The translations under genes and the position numbers were made by a program. Shown here piece by piece: positions 28,587 to 37,446 of a stretch of 53,579 bases of DNA. Within the stretch, counting starts at the first letter, position 1, and the number at the start of each line of letters is the position of its first letter. Under the pieces are notes generated by a model, which was given only the letters and a program-made list of their open reading frames with translations, had not been told where the DNA came from and did no database searches. Source of the DNA: Planctomycetota bacterium (GTDB taxonomy: Bacteria; Planctomycetota; UBA1135; UBA2386); assembly GCA_020849665.1 (NCBI GenBank), contig JADLFX010000020.1, positions 1-53,579 on the forward strand, read 5' to 3'.

Positions 28587-29534
28587 CTACGAGGCCGCCC
28601 GCGCGGCGATCCCCCGGCCCGGCGCGAGGTACTCGCCCATCGGCAGCACGGTGAAGCGCGCCCGCAGCGCCGTCAGGGTGTCCTCCAGGATCGCCTCCTT
28701 GCGCGCCCAGGCGACATCCATCCCGGGGAAGAAGTCGAGGTCGCGGTGTTCGCCGTTGCCGACGAAGTCGAGCGAGTGCAGCAGGTAGCTCGGCGCCACG
28801 CCGCGCAGCCGGCAGAGGCCGAGGCCGAGGCGCAGGTAGAACGACGCCAGGCCGCGCGAGAAGCGCGACAGCCACACCACGTAGCTCGTGTGGAACGGCG
28901 TGCGCAGGAGCGGGATCGTGGTCACCGGCAGCGACCACAGCTCGGGGGCTCCGGGATAGCGGCTCGGCCGCAGGCTCTGGAACGCGTCCTTGATCCCGCC
29001 GTACATCGCCTTGCGTTGCTCCCGCTCCGCCTTGCTCATCTTCGAGTGGAAGAAGTAGTAGGCGCGGCACAGCGGGCCCAGGAAGGTCGGCAGCGGCGAG
29101 CCGTCGTAGTGGAATCCGCCCTCGCGCAGGATCGCGGGCAGCCGGGGCGACCACGCGAATCCCGGCGCGCGGAATCCCTTGGGTCGCACGCCGAGGCGTG
29201 CCTCGATCAAGTCCGCGGCGCGCAGCACCTCCTCGCGCATGCGCTCGGGCTGCAGCGCGGCGAAGGTCGGTTCGTGGTGCCAGGAGTGGCAGCCGATCTC
29301 GTGGCCGCGCTCCACGAAGGGCCGGATCGCGGCGACCCGGTCGGGATGCTCCAGGTCGGCGGCGATCACGAAGAGCGTGAGGCGCAGCCCGTGCCGGTCG
29401 AGCATCGCCAGCAACCGCGCGCACACCTCCGGGACGACGCTGCGCGTGGCCTCCCAGCCGGGCCGGCCGGCGGCGCGCATGTAGGTCCACGCGTCGTCGA
29501 GGTCGAGCGAGAGCGTGGCCGGCGGCAGGCTCAT
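28587..29534 (-). CDS. Polysaccharide deacetylase (NodB-homology, CE4-like).
   Basis: Start trimmed to MSLPPATLSLDLDDAWTYM. The LTLFVIAADLEHPD...GHEIGCHSWHHE segment contains the Asp and His motifs of NodB-type deacetylases. Overlaps the upstream gene by 4 nt. Confidence 0.75.
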   Translation of the reverse strand: MSLPPATLSLDLDDAWTYMRAAGRPGWEATRSVVPEVCARLLAMLDRHGLRLTLFVIAADLEHPDRVAAIRPFVERGHEIGCHSWHHEPTFAALQPERMREEVLRAADLIEARLGVRPKGFRAPGFAWSPRLPAILREGGFHYDGSPLPTFLGPLCRAYYFFHSKMSKAEREQRKAMYGGIKDAFQSLRPSRYPGAPELWSLPVTTIPLLRTPFHTSYVVWLSRFSRGLASFYLRLGLGLCRLRGVAPSYLLHSLDFVGNGEHRDLDFFPGMDVAWARKEAILEDTLTALRARFTVLPMGEYLAPGRGIAARAAS

Positions 29535-30868
29535 CTGGCCAGCACCTCGCGCCGGGTGTGCGGACCGCCCAACTGCCGGGCCAGGAAGCGTTCCGCCGCA
29601 CGGCGCGCCAGCCCCACGCAGTCGCTGTTGTTCAGGATGCAGGCCGAGAGCTGCGCGTTGTTGACCACGTACACCTTGCCGGGCACGACCTCGCGCGGCG
29701 GCCGGACCGGCGCCGCGCCCACGCGCGGGATCGGCTGGATGAAGCGCGCCCGCTGCACGCTCTGGTGCAGCAGCCAGTCGCCGCCCGCCGCCGGGCGGAT
29801 GCGGCGCAGGTCGCGCAGCGCCGCCTCGGCGATCGCCGCGTCGTCCTGGCGGTGGATCGGATCCCCCGTGGGCGCGTAGCGGGGCAGGTAGACCAGCGCG
29901 TGGCCGTTGGTCTCCGCGCTGGCGTCGACCACGTTCGTGGTCTCGATCACGCCGGTGAGGCAGGAGCGGTCGTCCACCACGTTGAGGATGTAGTTGGCCG
30001 AGAGCGGCCGGCGCCCCACGGCCACGGTGCAGGCCACGCCCAGGTAGGCGGTGTCCTGCAGGCGCAGGCGCTCGGCGTCGGGCAGCATCGGCAGCAGCTC
30101 GGCGACCATCGGGTTGTGCATCGTGAGGAACACCGTGTCGGCCGGGAACGTGCCCGCGGGCGTGTCCACCTCCACGCCGTCGCGCACCAGGCGCACCGAC
30201 TCGACCTTGGAGCCCTCCACCACGCGCACGCCGAGCGCGGCGAGGCGCTCCAGCATCCGCCCGAGGATCGTGCGATAGCCGCCGCGCACGTAGCCGAAGG
30301 TGTCGCCGGAACCTCCCGCCTTGCGGGCCGAGGCAAGGCGCCGGATGGTCGCGAAGATGAAGCGCGCCGACACCCATTCCGCGGCGCTGCCGAGCTTGGC
30401 ACGCAGCAGGTGGCGCCAGAAGTCCCGGTAGCCGGGTTCGCCGCACCACGCACGCAGCCATTCGGCGGAGGTCTGGCTGTCGAGCCTGTCGTCCTCGAAG
30501 GCCCGCGGGGCACGCAGCGCCATCCAGCCGATCCGGAGCTTGGCGGAGAGCGGCAGCGTGGGCAGCCGCAACAGGTCGAGCGCGGTGTTCAGCGGACAGA
30601 GTCGGTCGCCGATCCAGCAGCCCTGCTGCGTGCGCCGCCACACCAGCTCGCCACCCAGCCCCAGCTCCTCGAGGAGTTGCAGCAGCTCGCGGTCGGAGGG
30701 CAGGATGACGTGGTAGAAGCGGTCCCAGACGAAGTCGTGGAAGCGTTGGGACAAGGACAGGCCGCCCGCGCTCTGCGCGTCGAGCACCGTCACCTGCAGC
30801 CCGCCCTGCGCCAGCTGGTGGGCGAGGGCGAGTCCGGTCATCCCGGCTCCCGCGACGACGGCCCTCAT
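29531..30868 (-). CDS. FAD-dependent oxidoreductase (amine-oxidase / protoporphyrinogen-oxidase-like fold).
   Basis: Start trimmed to MRAVVAGAGMTGLALAHQLAQGGLQVTVLDAQ (Rossmann GxGxxG dinucleotide-binding motif). 445 aa. Confidence 0.7.
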   Translation of the reverse strand: MRAVVAGAGMTGLALAHQLAQGGLQVTVLDAQSAGGLSLSQRFHDFVWDRFYHVILPSDRELLQLLEELGLGGELVWRRTQQGCWIGDRLCPLNTALDLLRLPTLPLSAKLRIGWMALRAPRAFEDDRLDSQTSAEWLRAWCGEPGYRDFWRHLLRAKLGSAAEWVSARFIFATIRRLASARKAGGSGDTFGYVRGGYRTILGRMLERLAALGVRVVEGSKVESVRLVRDGVEVDTPAGTFPADTVFLTMHNPMVAELLPMLPDAERLRLQDTAYLGVACTVAVGRRPLSANYILNVVDDRSCLTGVIETTNVVDASAETNGHALVYLPRYAPTGDPIHRQDDAAIAEAALRDLRRIRPAAGGDWLLHQSVQRARFIQPIPRVGAAPVRPPREVVPGKVYVVNNAQLSACILNNSDCVGLARRAAERFLARQLGGPHTRREVLAR

Positions 30869-31491
30869 GGCGTTCGGTGCGGGAGCTCCACCACGCGGTG
30901 GCACTTCTCGCACGGGAACCGACCGCGCACCGGCAGCTCCGCATCGGCCCCCAGCTTGAGGACCGGGTGGCCGCAGCGGCAGACGAGGCCCCGCACGCGT
31001 GCCGGGTTGCCGATCGCCAGGCCGTGCGGCGGCACGTCCCTCGTGACCACGCTGCCCATGCCGATCATCGAGAACTCGCCCAGCGTCACGCCCGGTCCGA
31101 TCACCGCGCCGGCGCCGATCGTCGTGCCGCGCCGGACCGTGGTCGTGAGCGTCTCCTCGGTCGGATCCGAGGTCTGCAGATCCTGCAGGTCCGGGTCGGT
31201 CGAGCGCGGGAAGCGGTCGTTGGTGAACACGGTGTGCGCCGAGATCATCACGCCGTCCTCGATCGTGACGCCGGCGCAGATGTAGACGACGGCGTTGATC
31301 TTCACCAGATCGCCGATCACCACTTCGTAGGCGACGTAGGTCTTCTCGCCGATGATGCACTTGGCGCCGATGCGGGCGTTCTTGCGGATGTGGACGTTGT
31401 CCCACACGCTCGTGCCCGGCCCCAGCACCACGCCGTCCTCGACCAGTGCGGTCGGGTGCACGCGCGGCGGCGGCAGCTCCTGCGGCTTCAC
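30865..31491 (-). CDS. Left-handed beta-helix (hexapeptide-repeat) sugar N-acetyltransferase, WbpD/PglD-like.
   Basis: GTG start 2 nt after the upstream stop. Hexapeptide repeats (IGAKCIIGEKTYVAYEVVIGDLVKINAVVYICAGVTIEDGVMIS...). About 208 aa. Confidence 0.75.
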   Translation of the reverse strand: MKPQELPPPRVHPTALVEDGVVLGPGTSVWDNVHIRKNARIGAKCIIGEKTYVAYEVVIGDLVKINAVVYICAGVTIEDGVMISAHTVFTNDRFPRSTDPDLQDLQTSDPTEETLTTTVRRGTTIGAGAVIGPGVTLGEFSMIGMGSVVTRDVPPHGLAIGNPARVRGLVCRCGHPVLKLGADAELPVRGRFPCEKCHRVVELPHRTP

Positions 31492-31493
31492 GG

Positions 31494-32480
31494 TCACACC
31501 TCCTGCCACTGGCGCTCGCGCGCCGAGCGGTAGGCGGCCTCGATCACGCGCACCGAGAGGATCGCGTCCTCGGCGGTGATCACCGGCGCCTCGGCGCCGC
31601 GGATGTTGCGCGCGAAGTTGCGCAGCTGGTTGCGGAACGCCGCCTTCTTGTCGTAGCCGGAGCCGAACACGGTCCACTCGGCGTCGCCGTCGCGCTTGTA
31701 GCGCGACACCTTCCAGCCCACTTCGATCGTGCCCTTCGCACCGTACAGACGCACGAAGCTGGGCACCTCCTTGTGGACGCTCCACGAGAGGTCGATCGCG
31801 CCCACCGCGCCGGCCTCGGTCTCCAGGAGCAGGCGGCAGGTGTCCTCGACCTCGATCGGCTGCACGTTGCGGGCGAACTGCGCCTGCACCCAGGCGATCG
31901 GCCCACACAGGTAGCGGGCCACGTCGACCGAGTGGCTGCCATTGTCGATCAGCACGCCCCCGCCGGACACCTCGCGCCGGCTGTTCCAGCGCTTGGTCAT
32001 GTCCACGCGTGCGCAGAACACGTTCTCGAAGAGGAGCAGGTCGCCGATGGTGCCCTCGTTGAGCAGGGCCCTGGCCTTGGCCATGTCGTCGACGAAGCGG
32101 AACTTCGACCCCATCATCAGCGTGCGCCCCGTGGTCGCCGCGGCCGCGAGCATGCGCTCCGCGGCCCGCGCCGTGGTCGTGAGCGGCTTCTCGCACAGCA
32201 CGTGCTTGCCGGCGCGCAGCAGCTGCACCGCCAGCTCCTCGTGGGTCACGGGCGGGGTCAGCACTAGGGCCGCGTCGATGCCGCCCTCGTCGAGCATCGC
32301 GCCGAGCGTGGGAAACGGCGGCACGCCCGTCTGGCGTGCCACGGCGTCGCGGCGTGCGGCGTCGACGTCGACCACGCCGGCGAGCTGCAGCTCCGCCACC
32401 TCGCCGATGGCGCCCAGGTAGGACGCGGCGATGCCGCCGCAGCCCACCACGCCCACGCGGATCCTGGCCTGGCCGGTCAC
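31494..32480 (-). CDS. Gfo/Idh/MocA-family NAD(P)-dependent sugar oxidoreductase (WbpB/GnnA-like).
   Basis: GTG start overlapping the upstream TGA. N-terminal Rossmann IRVGVVGCGGIAASYLGAIG...GKHVLCEKPL. The Arg/Gly-rich 5' extension of the ORF (31494-34274) is a different-frame artefact. Confidence 0.8.
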   Translation of the reverse strand: MTGQARIRVGVVGCGGIAASYLGAIGEVAELQLAGVVDVDAARRDAVARQTGVPPFPTLGAMLDEGGIDAALVLTPPVTHEELAVQLLRAGKHVLCEKPLTTTARAAERMLAAAATTGRTLMMGSKFRFVDDMAKARALLNEGTIGDLLLFENVFCARVDMTKRWNSRREVSGGGVLIDNGSHSVDVARYLCGPIAWVQAQFARNVQPIEVEDTCRLLLETEAGAVGAIDLSWSVHKEVPSFVRLYGAKGTIEVGWKVSRYKRDGDAEWTVFGSGYDKKAAFRNQLRNFARNIRGAEAPVITAEDAILSVRVIEAAYRSARERQWQEV

Positions 32481-34834
32481 CGTACCACCGCCTTCGCGGG
32501 CGTCAGGCGCGCCGCTTCCTCCCGGATCACGCGGGTCACGAAGTCCACGTGCTCCTGGGTGTAGAGCTCGTTGATCGGCAGCACGATCACCCGGTCGAGG
32601 GCCTGGGTCGTGCCGGGGTAGTCCTTGCGCTGGAACACCGGCTGCGGCCGGATCCGACCGTCGGCGCCGCGCAGCGGCAGTGCCGAGACCGGCGACGCGT
32701 TCCAGTCGTGGAAGAGCTGGCACTCGAACGCCGGCTTCTGGATGTAGCGGGGCACGCAGAACACGCCGCGTTCCTTCATCTTCTTGCCGAGTTCCACCGC
32801 GCCGCCGGGCACGACCGCGGGGTCGACCATCAGCGCGTACTTCCACCACGAGTGCTTCACCCCGGCCGGCACCTGCGGCAGGGTCAGGCCCGGGACGCCC
32901 TGCAGGCCCGCGGTGATCGCGGCGGCCACGTCGCGGCGGCGCTGCACCACCCACTCGACCTTGTCGAGCTGCGCCAGCGCCACGGCGCCCTGCAGCTCGG
33001 TGAGCCGGTAGTTGAGCGCGGGGAAGTAGTGGTCGGGCTTGGGATCGCCGTAGCCCCAGGCCTTGTTCACGAACAGGAACACGTTGCGGGCCAGGGTGTC
33101 GTCGTTGGTGAGCACGATGCCGCCCTCGCCGGTGGTCATGTGCTTGCCCTGCTGCAGGGAGAACGAGGCGATCTCGCTCAGCGTGCCCACCCTGCCGATC
33201 CGGTCCTCGGCGTAGAACGCCTGGGCCACGTCCTCGATCACCGGGATGCCCTTGCTCCGCGCGAGAGCACGCACCGGCGCCATGTCGACCGGCAGGCCGA
33301 AGAGGTGGGTCACCACGATCGCCTTCGTGCGCTCGCCGATCCTGGCCGCGATCGTCTCGGCGGTGACGTTCAGGGTCCACGGGTCGACGTCTGCGAAGAT
33401 CGGCACGCAGCCCTCGTAGAGGATCGGCGTGAGCGCCCCCATGTCGGTGATCGGCGTGGTGATCACCTCGTCGCCGCCCTTCAGCTTCAGCGCCGCCAGC
33501 GCGCAGTGGAACGCGGCCGACCCCGACGCGCAGGCGATCGCGTGCTTCACGCCGTAGCGTTTGGCGAACTCCTTCTCGAAGCGGGCCACGAACGTGCCCT
33601 TCGTGGAGTTCAGCGTGCCGCTGCGGATCGCGCGGGCCGCCATGAGGATCTCGTGGTCGCCCATCTCGCGGCCGGTCCAGTCGCCGTCGGAGGGCAGAAG
33701 GACCGCGCCGGGCGCCGCGGCCGGCGCCGCGGGACGCTCGGCTTCCTGCCGGCGCCGCGGCCCCTTCGCGAGCACGGCGAGGATCCGGCTCGCGCTCGTT
33801 CCGTCGCCGTACGGGTGCTGCCAGGTGCGGGACCCGGCCAACACCTGGCCGATGCCACGCTCCGCGCCCTCGGGGCGCACGCCGGCCAGCAGGTTCGCGC
33901 CGCAGTCGATGGTCTCTGGGCGCTCGGTGCTGGTACGCAGCGTGACGCAGGGGGTGCCGAGGATGCACGCCTCCTCCTGCACTCCGCCCGAGTCGGTGAC
34001 GACCACGCGGGCCTGCTCCTGCAGCGCCAGGCTCTCGGCCAAGCCGACCGGTGCGACCGCCGAGAACGAGCCCGGCAGGCCGACTCCGTGCGCCTGCATC
34101 TGCCGCGCCGTCCGCGGGTGCACCGGGAAGAGCACGCGCAGGCCCTGGGCCGCCGCGGCGCGGTGCACGCCGTCCAGCAGGCCGCGCAAGAGCGCGGGGT
34201 CGTCGACGTTCTCCTCGCGGTGCAGGGTCAGGTAGACGAACTCCTTCCGGCGCAGCTCGAAGCGGCCCAGGCACTGGGCCGCGGCGGCGGCGGTGGGGCG
34301 CAGCCCCGCCACGACGTCGGCGATGGTGTTGCCGACCACGTGGCAGGCCTCCATCGGCAGGTTCTCGCGGCGCAGGAGGTCGCGCTGCAGCTCGGTCGGG
34401 CAGAACAGCGCCTCGGCGAGGTGGTCGACCTGGATGCGGTTCTTCTCCTCCTGCATGCGGCGGTCGAACGAGCGCAGGCCGGCCTCGACGTGCGCCACCG
34501 GGATGCCGAGCTTGTCGGCGGCGAGGGCGCCGGCCAGCGTGGAGTTGGTGTCGCCCTGCACGACCACCCAGTCGGGCCGCTCCGCCGCCAGGACCTCGCC
34601 CAGCCGCTCGATCATCCGCCCCACCTGCGCTGCGGGGGCGAGCGAGCCGATGCCGAGGTTGTGCTGCGGCTGGGCGAGCGCCAGCTCGGCGAAGAAGCGC
34701 GCGTCCATCTCCGGGCTGTAGTGCTGCCCGGTGTGGATCACGACCAGGGGAGTGCCCGCACCGGTGGCGGCGCGGATGAGGGGTGAGAGCTTGATGATCT
34801 CGGGGCGGGTGCCCAGGACGAAAGCGAGCTTCAT
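32477..34834 (-). CDS. Bifunctional fusion: UDP-N-acetylglucosamine 2-epimerase (WecB/WbpI-like) at the N-terminus, DegT/DnrJ/EryC1-family PLP sugar aminotransferase (WbpE/GnnB-like) at the C-terminus.
   Basis: Start trimmed to MKLAFVLGTRPEIIKLSPLI...HTGQHYSPEMD (WecB). After an approximately 25-aa Pro/Ala linker: MGDHEILMAARAIRSGTLNSTKGTFVARFEKEFAKRYGVKHAIACASGSAAFHCAL (DegT). Single uninterrupted ORF of about 785 aa. Confidence 0.75.
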   Translation of the reverse strand: MKLAFVLGTRPEIIKLSPLIRAATGAGTPLVVIHTGQHYSPEMDARFFAELALAQPQHNLGIGSLAPAAQVGRMIERLGEVLAAERPDWVVVQGDTNSTLAGALAADKLGIPVAHVEAGLRSFDRRMQEEKNRIQVDHLAEALFCPTELQRDLLRRENLPMEACHVVGNTIADVVAGLRPTAAAAAQCLGRFELRRKEFVYLTLHREENVDDPALLRGLLDGVHRAAAAQGLRVLFPVHPRTARQMQAHGVGLPGSFSAVAPVGLAESLALQEQARVVVTDSGGVQEEACILGTPCVTLRTSTERPETIDCGANLLAGVRPEGAERGIGQVLAGSRTWQHPYGDGTSASRILAVLAKGPRRRQEAERPAAPAAAPGAVLLPSDGDWTGREMGDHEILMAARAIRSGTLNSTKGTFVARFEKEFAKRYGVKHAIACASGSAAFHCALAALKLKGGDEVITTPITDMGALTPILYEGCVPIFADVDPWTLNVTAETIAARIGERTKAIVVTHLFGLPVDMAPVRALARSKGIPVIEDVAQAFYAEDRIGRVGTLSEIASFSLQQGKHMTTGEGGIVLTNDDTLARNVFLFVNKAWGYGDPKPDHYFPALNYRLTELQGAVALAQLDKVEWVVQRRRDVAAAITAGLQGVPGLTLPQVPAGVKHSWWKYALMVDPAVVPGGAVELGKKMKERGVFCVPRYIQKPAFECQLFHDWNASPVSALPLRGADGRIRPQPVFQRKDYPGTTQALDRVIVLPINELYTQEHVDFVTRVIREEAARLTPAKAVVR

Positions 34835-35171
34835 GGCTGTGTTGCTGCGTCGTGCTGCCGTGGTGCTGGATCGGTCGTGGACGGTTGCGCGACCGCTCCC
34901 CTTGGAGCGGTGATCTGGCGGGACCGGGAACCGGGTGGTGCGGTGGCTGCGGCGCGGCTCGTTCCGGCCTCCCTCCCCCCGCAGAACCCTAGCCGTTGCC
35001 TCGGCAGGAATCGTCTGCAACTTGGTAGCAGAGGCGTCGCGTGGCGCCGCGGTGCGCCGAAACGAGGCAGGCACAGGGATCTCGTGCCGGGATCGGCGGC
35101 GGCGCGCCTCTGGCGTCGCCGCGCTGGCATCGCCGCTGCCGCGGCGGCGGCCGCCGCTGGCGACCGGCGGC

Positions 35172-37151
35172 TCATGGCGCCTGTGCGCCGCCGAGGCGGC
35201 GGATCTCTTCCAGACATTCCGGGTTCCGGAGCGCCACCAGATTGCGCACCGGGCGGTGGTGCAGCGCGTCGCTCGCGGCGTTCTCGCTGCGCTTGCCGTT
35301 GTGGGTCTGCGGCAGGGCCTGCACCTGGGCGATCACCGCGGGTACGTGCACCGGCGAGGCCCTGGTCTGCAGCTCCTTCTTGATCCGCAGCATGAGCGGC
35401 CGATCCAGCACCCTGCCCGGCGCGAGCACCACCAGCAGGACGAGGCGGGTGCCGCCCGGCTCGTCCGGCGCGTGCTGCGCCAGTGCCATGGCGTCCACGA
35501 TGCCCTCCATCGCCAGCACCACGGAGTAGAGCTCCGCGGGTCCGATGCGCACGCCGCGGATCTTCAGCGTGCCGTCGGAACGCCCGAGGATGCGTGCCGA
35601 GCCGCGCTCGTGCAGGGTCAGGAAGTCGCCATGGGTCCAGGCGCCCTCGTGCTGGCTGTAGTAGGTCTGCCGGTAGCGGGTGCCGTCGGGGTCGGCCAGG
35701 AACCCGACCGGGCGCGACGGGAACGGGTTCATGCACACCAGCTCGCCGGTGCCCGTGCGTCGGGCAACGCCGTCGGCCGCGGCCCGCACGTCCATGGCCA
35801 GGCTCACGCACTGGCTCTCCCCGGCCCACACGGGCAGTCCCGGGTGGCCCAGCACGAAGCAGCCGAGGATGTCGGTTCCACCGGAGATCGATTGCACCGG
35901 GACCCTGGCCACGTGCTCGTGGAGCCAGTGGAAGAGCCAGTCGTAGAGCACCGACCCGGTGCTCTGGATCGCGCGCAGCCGCGGCAGCGGCACGTCGCGG
36001 GCCGGATCGAGGCCGGCCTCCTTGAGGTACTGGACGTAGGCCGGACTGGTGCCGAACACCGTCACCGCCTCGCGCTGCAGCATGCGCAGCAGAGCGTCGG
36101 GCTGCGGCCAGGTCGGCGAGCCGTCGTAGAGCACGATCCGCGTGCCGCAGGCCAGGGCCGACACCAGCCAGTTCCACATCATCCAGCCGGCGGTGGTGTG
36201 GAAGTAGAGCGTGTCCGACGGGCCGAACCCGCTGTGCAGCCGGTGCTCCTTCTGGTGCTCCAGCAGGGTGCCGCCATGCCCGTGCACGATGCACTTCGGC
36301 CGCCCGGTGGTGCCCGACGAGAAGAGCACGAAGAGCGGGTGGTCGAAGGGGAAGCGCGGCCACCACGTGCTCGCCGCCAGCTCGCTGGCGGCGCCGCGCC
36401 GGCGCAGGGCGTCGAGCGTGTGCAAGGCCACGCCCGGCGGCGGGTCGCCGGTGAAACCGTCGCCGTCCAGGACCACCACCGCGCGCACGCTGGGCAGCGC
36501 GGCCAGCACGGCGCGCACCCGGTCCTCGAGTCCCTTGCGCGCGCCCTGGTACGCGTGATCGAAGTGCGCGAAGAGCACCACCGGCTCGATCTGCTGGAAG
36601 CGCGCCAGCACCGCCTCGACGCCCAGGTCCGGCGCCACTGCGGACCACGCCGCGCCCAGCGCCGTGGCCGCGAGGCAGGCCAGCACGGTCTCGCCCGCGT
36701 GCCGTGCGTAGGCCACCACGCGATCCCCGGAGCGCACGCCGATGGCCTGCAGTCCCCCGGCCAGCGCACGCGCCTGCTCGCGCAGGGCCCCACGCGTCCA
36801 GGCGCGGCGGCCACCGTTCTCGTCCACGGCCACCATCGCCTCGGCCGCGGCGTCGCCGGGCGTCACCGTGCGCAGCAGGTTCTCGGTCCAGTTGAGGCGC
36901 AGGCGGGGGAAGAAGCGCGCCTCGGCCACGCCGTCGCCCAGGCAGACCGGCTCGTGATCGCCCTCGCACAGGGTTCCGGACCAGTCCAGGAAGAGCCGCC
37001 AGAACGTCCGGTACTCCGCGCAGGCGAAGTCCTGGAACTCGCCCCAGGTCGCGAGGCGGCGACCGGTCCGGCGCGCACATTCGGCCTGGAAGACCGCCAT
37101 CTCGCTGCGCGCGGCCGCGGCCGGATCGGGAGTCCAGAGCGGCTCGCTCAT
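35172..37151 (-). CDS. Acetoacetyl-CoA-synthetase-family AMP-forming ligase.
   Basis: N-terminus MSEPLWTPDP... and HGHGGTLLEHQKEHRLHSGF match the AACS subfamily. AMP-binding core SSGTTGRPKCIVHGHGG. 659 aa. The start overlaps the carrier-protein stop. Confidence 0.8.
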   Translation of the reverse strand: MSEPLWTPDPAAAARSEMAVFQAECARRTGRRLATWGEFQDFACAEYRTFWRLFLDWSGTLCEGDHEPVCLGDGVAEARFFPRLRLNWTENLLRTVTPGDAAAEAMVAVDENGGRRAWTRGALREQARALAGGLQAIGVRSGDRVVAYARHAGETVLACLAATALGAAWSAVAPDLGVEAVLARFQQIEPVVLFAHFDHAYQGARKGLEDRVRAVLAALPSVRAVVVLDGDGFTGDPPPGVALHTLDALRRRGAASELAASTWWPRFPFDHPLFVLFSSGTTGRPKCIVHGHGGTLLEHQKEHRLHSGFGPSDTLYFHTTAGWMMWNWLVSALACGTRIVLYDGSPTWPQPDALLRMLQREAVTVFGTSPAYVQYLKEAGLDPARDVPLPRLRAIQSTGSVLYDWLFHWLHEHVARVPVQSISGGTDILGCFVLGHPGLPVWAGESQCVSLAMDVRAAADGVARRTGTGELVCMNPFPSRPVGFLADPDGTRYRQTYYSQHEGAWTHGDFLTLHERGSARILGRSDGTLKIRGVRIGPAELYSVVLAMEGIVDAMALAQHAPDEPGGTRLVLLVVLAPGRVLDRPLMLRIKKELQTRASPVHVPAVIAQVQALPQTHNGKRSENAASDALHHRPVRNLVALRNPECLEEIRRLGGAQAP

Positions 37152-37438
37152 GGCCTCTTCCTGGCCGCGTAGCCAGGGTGCGCGCTGACGTAGCCGACGA
37201 TCTTCGCGAGCCCGTCGAAGTTGGCAGGCGTGAGGTCCTTGCGGTCGATCACGATGCCCAGGGTCTTCTCGAGGTGCAGGATCAGCTTCACGAACCCGAG
37301 GCTGTCCAGGATGCCGCTCTGCAGGAACGACCGGTCGTCGCTGCCGATCAGCTGCTCCGCCTCGCCGAAGTGGTAGTTGTCGTCGAGCCAGTCGATGACC
37401 AGCTTGCGCAGGGTGGGGTCGAGGGAGGCAGGCTGCAT
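37148..37438 (-). CDS. Small acyl/peptidyl carrier protein (DltC/ACP-like, phosphopantetheine attachment).
   Basis: 96 aa. LQSGILDSLGFVKLILHLE contains the DSL Ser motif for 4'-phosphopantetheine attachment. The Arg-rich 5' extension of the ORF (37148-38812) was rejected. Confidence 0.7.
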   Translation of the reverse strand: MQPASLDPTLRKLVIDWLDDNYHFGEAEQLIGSDDRSFLQSGILDSLGFVKLILHLEKTLGIVIDRKDLTPANFDGLAKIVGYVSAHPGYAARKRP

Positions 37439-37446
37439 GTCGGGAT

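Noticed and set aside
24515-28654. A 1379-aa plus-strand ORF, the largest in the track.
   Set aside because: It runs across the secreted protein gene (antisense), the kinase and the FGE gene (off-frame) with Arg/Gly/Ala/Pro low complexity. No domain signatures.
31494-34274. The 5' 600 codons of the 926-aa minus-strand ORF upstream of the Gfo/Idh/MocA domain.
   Set aside because: Only the last 328 codons look like a real protein. The rest is an Arg/Gly-rich off-frame read of the WecB-DegT gene, whose TGA is where the real GTG start overlaps.
34831-37080. A 749-aa minus-strand ORF, with 34935-37172 + and 32336-34786 +.
   Set aside because: Off-frame or antisense to the acetoacetyl-CoA-synthetase-like gene and the WecB-DegT gene. 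Arg/Gly/Ala-rich.
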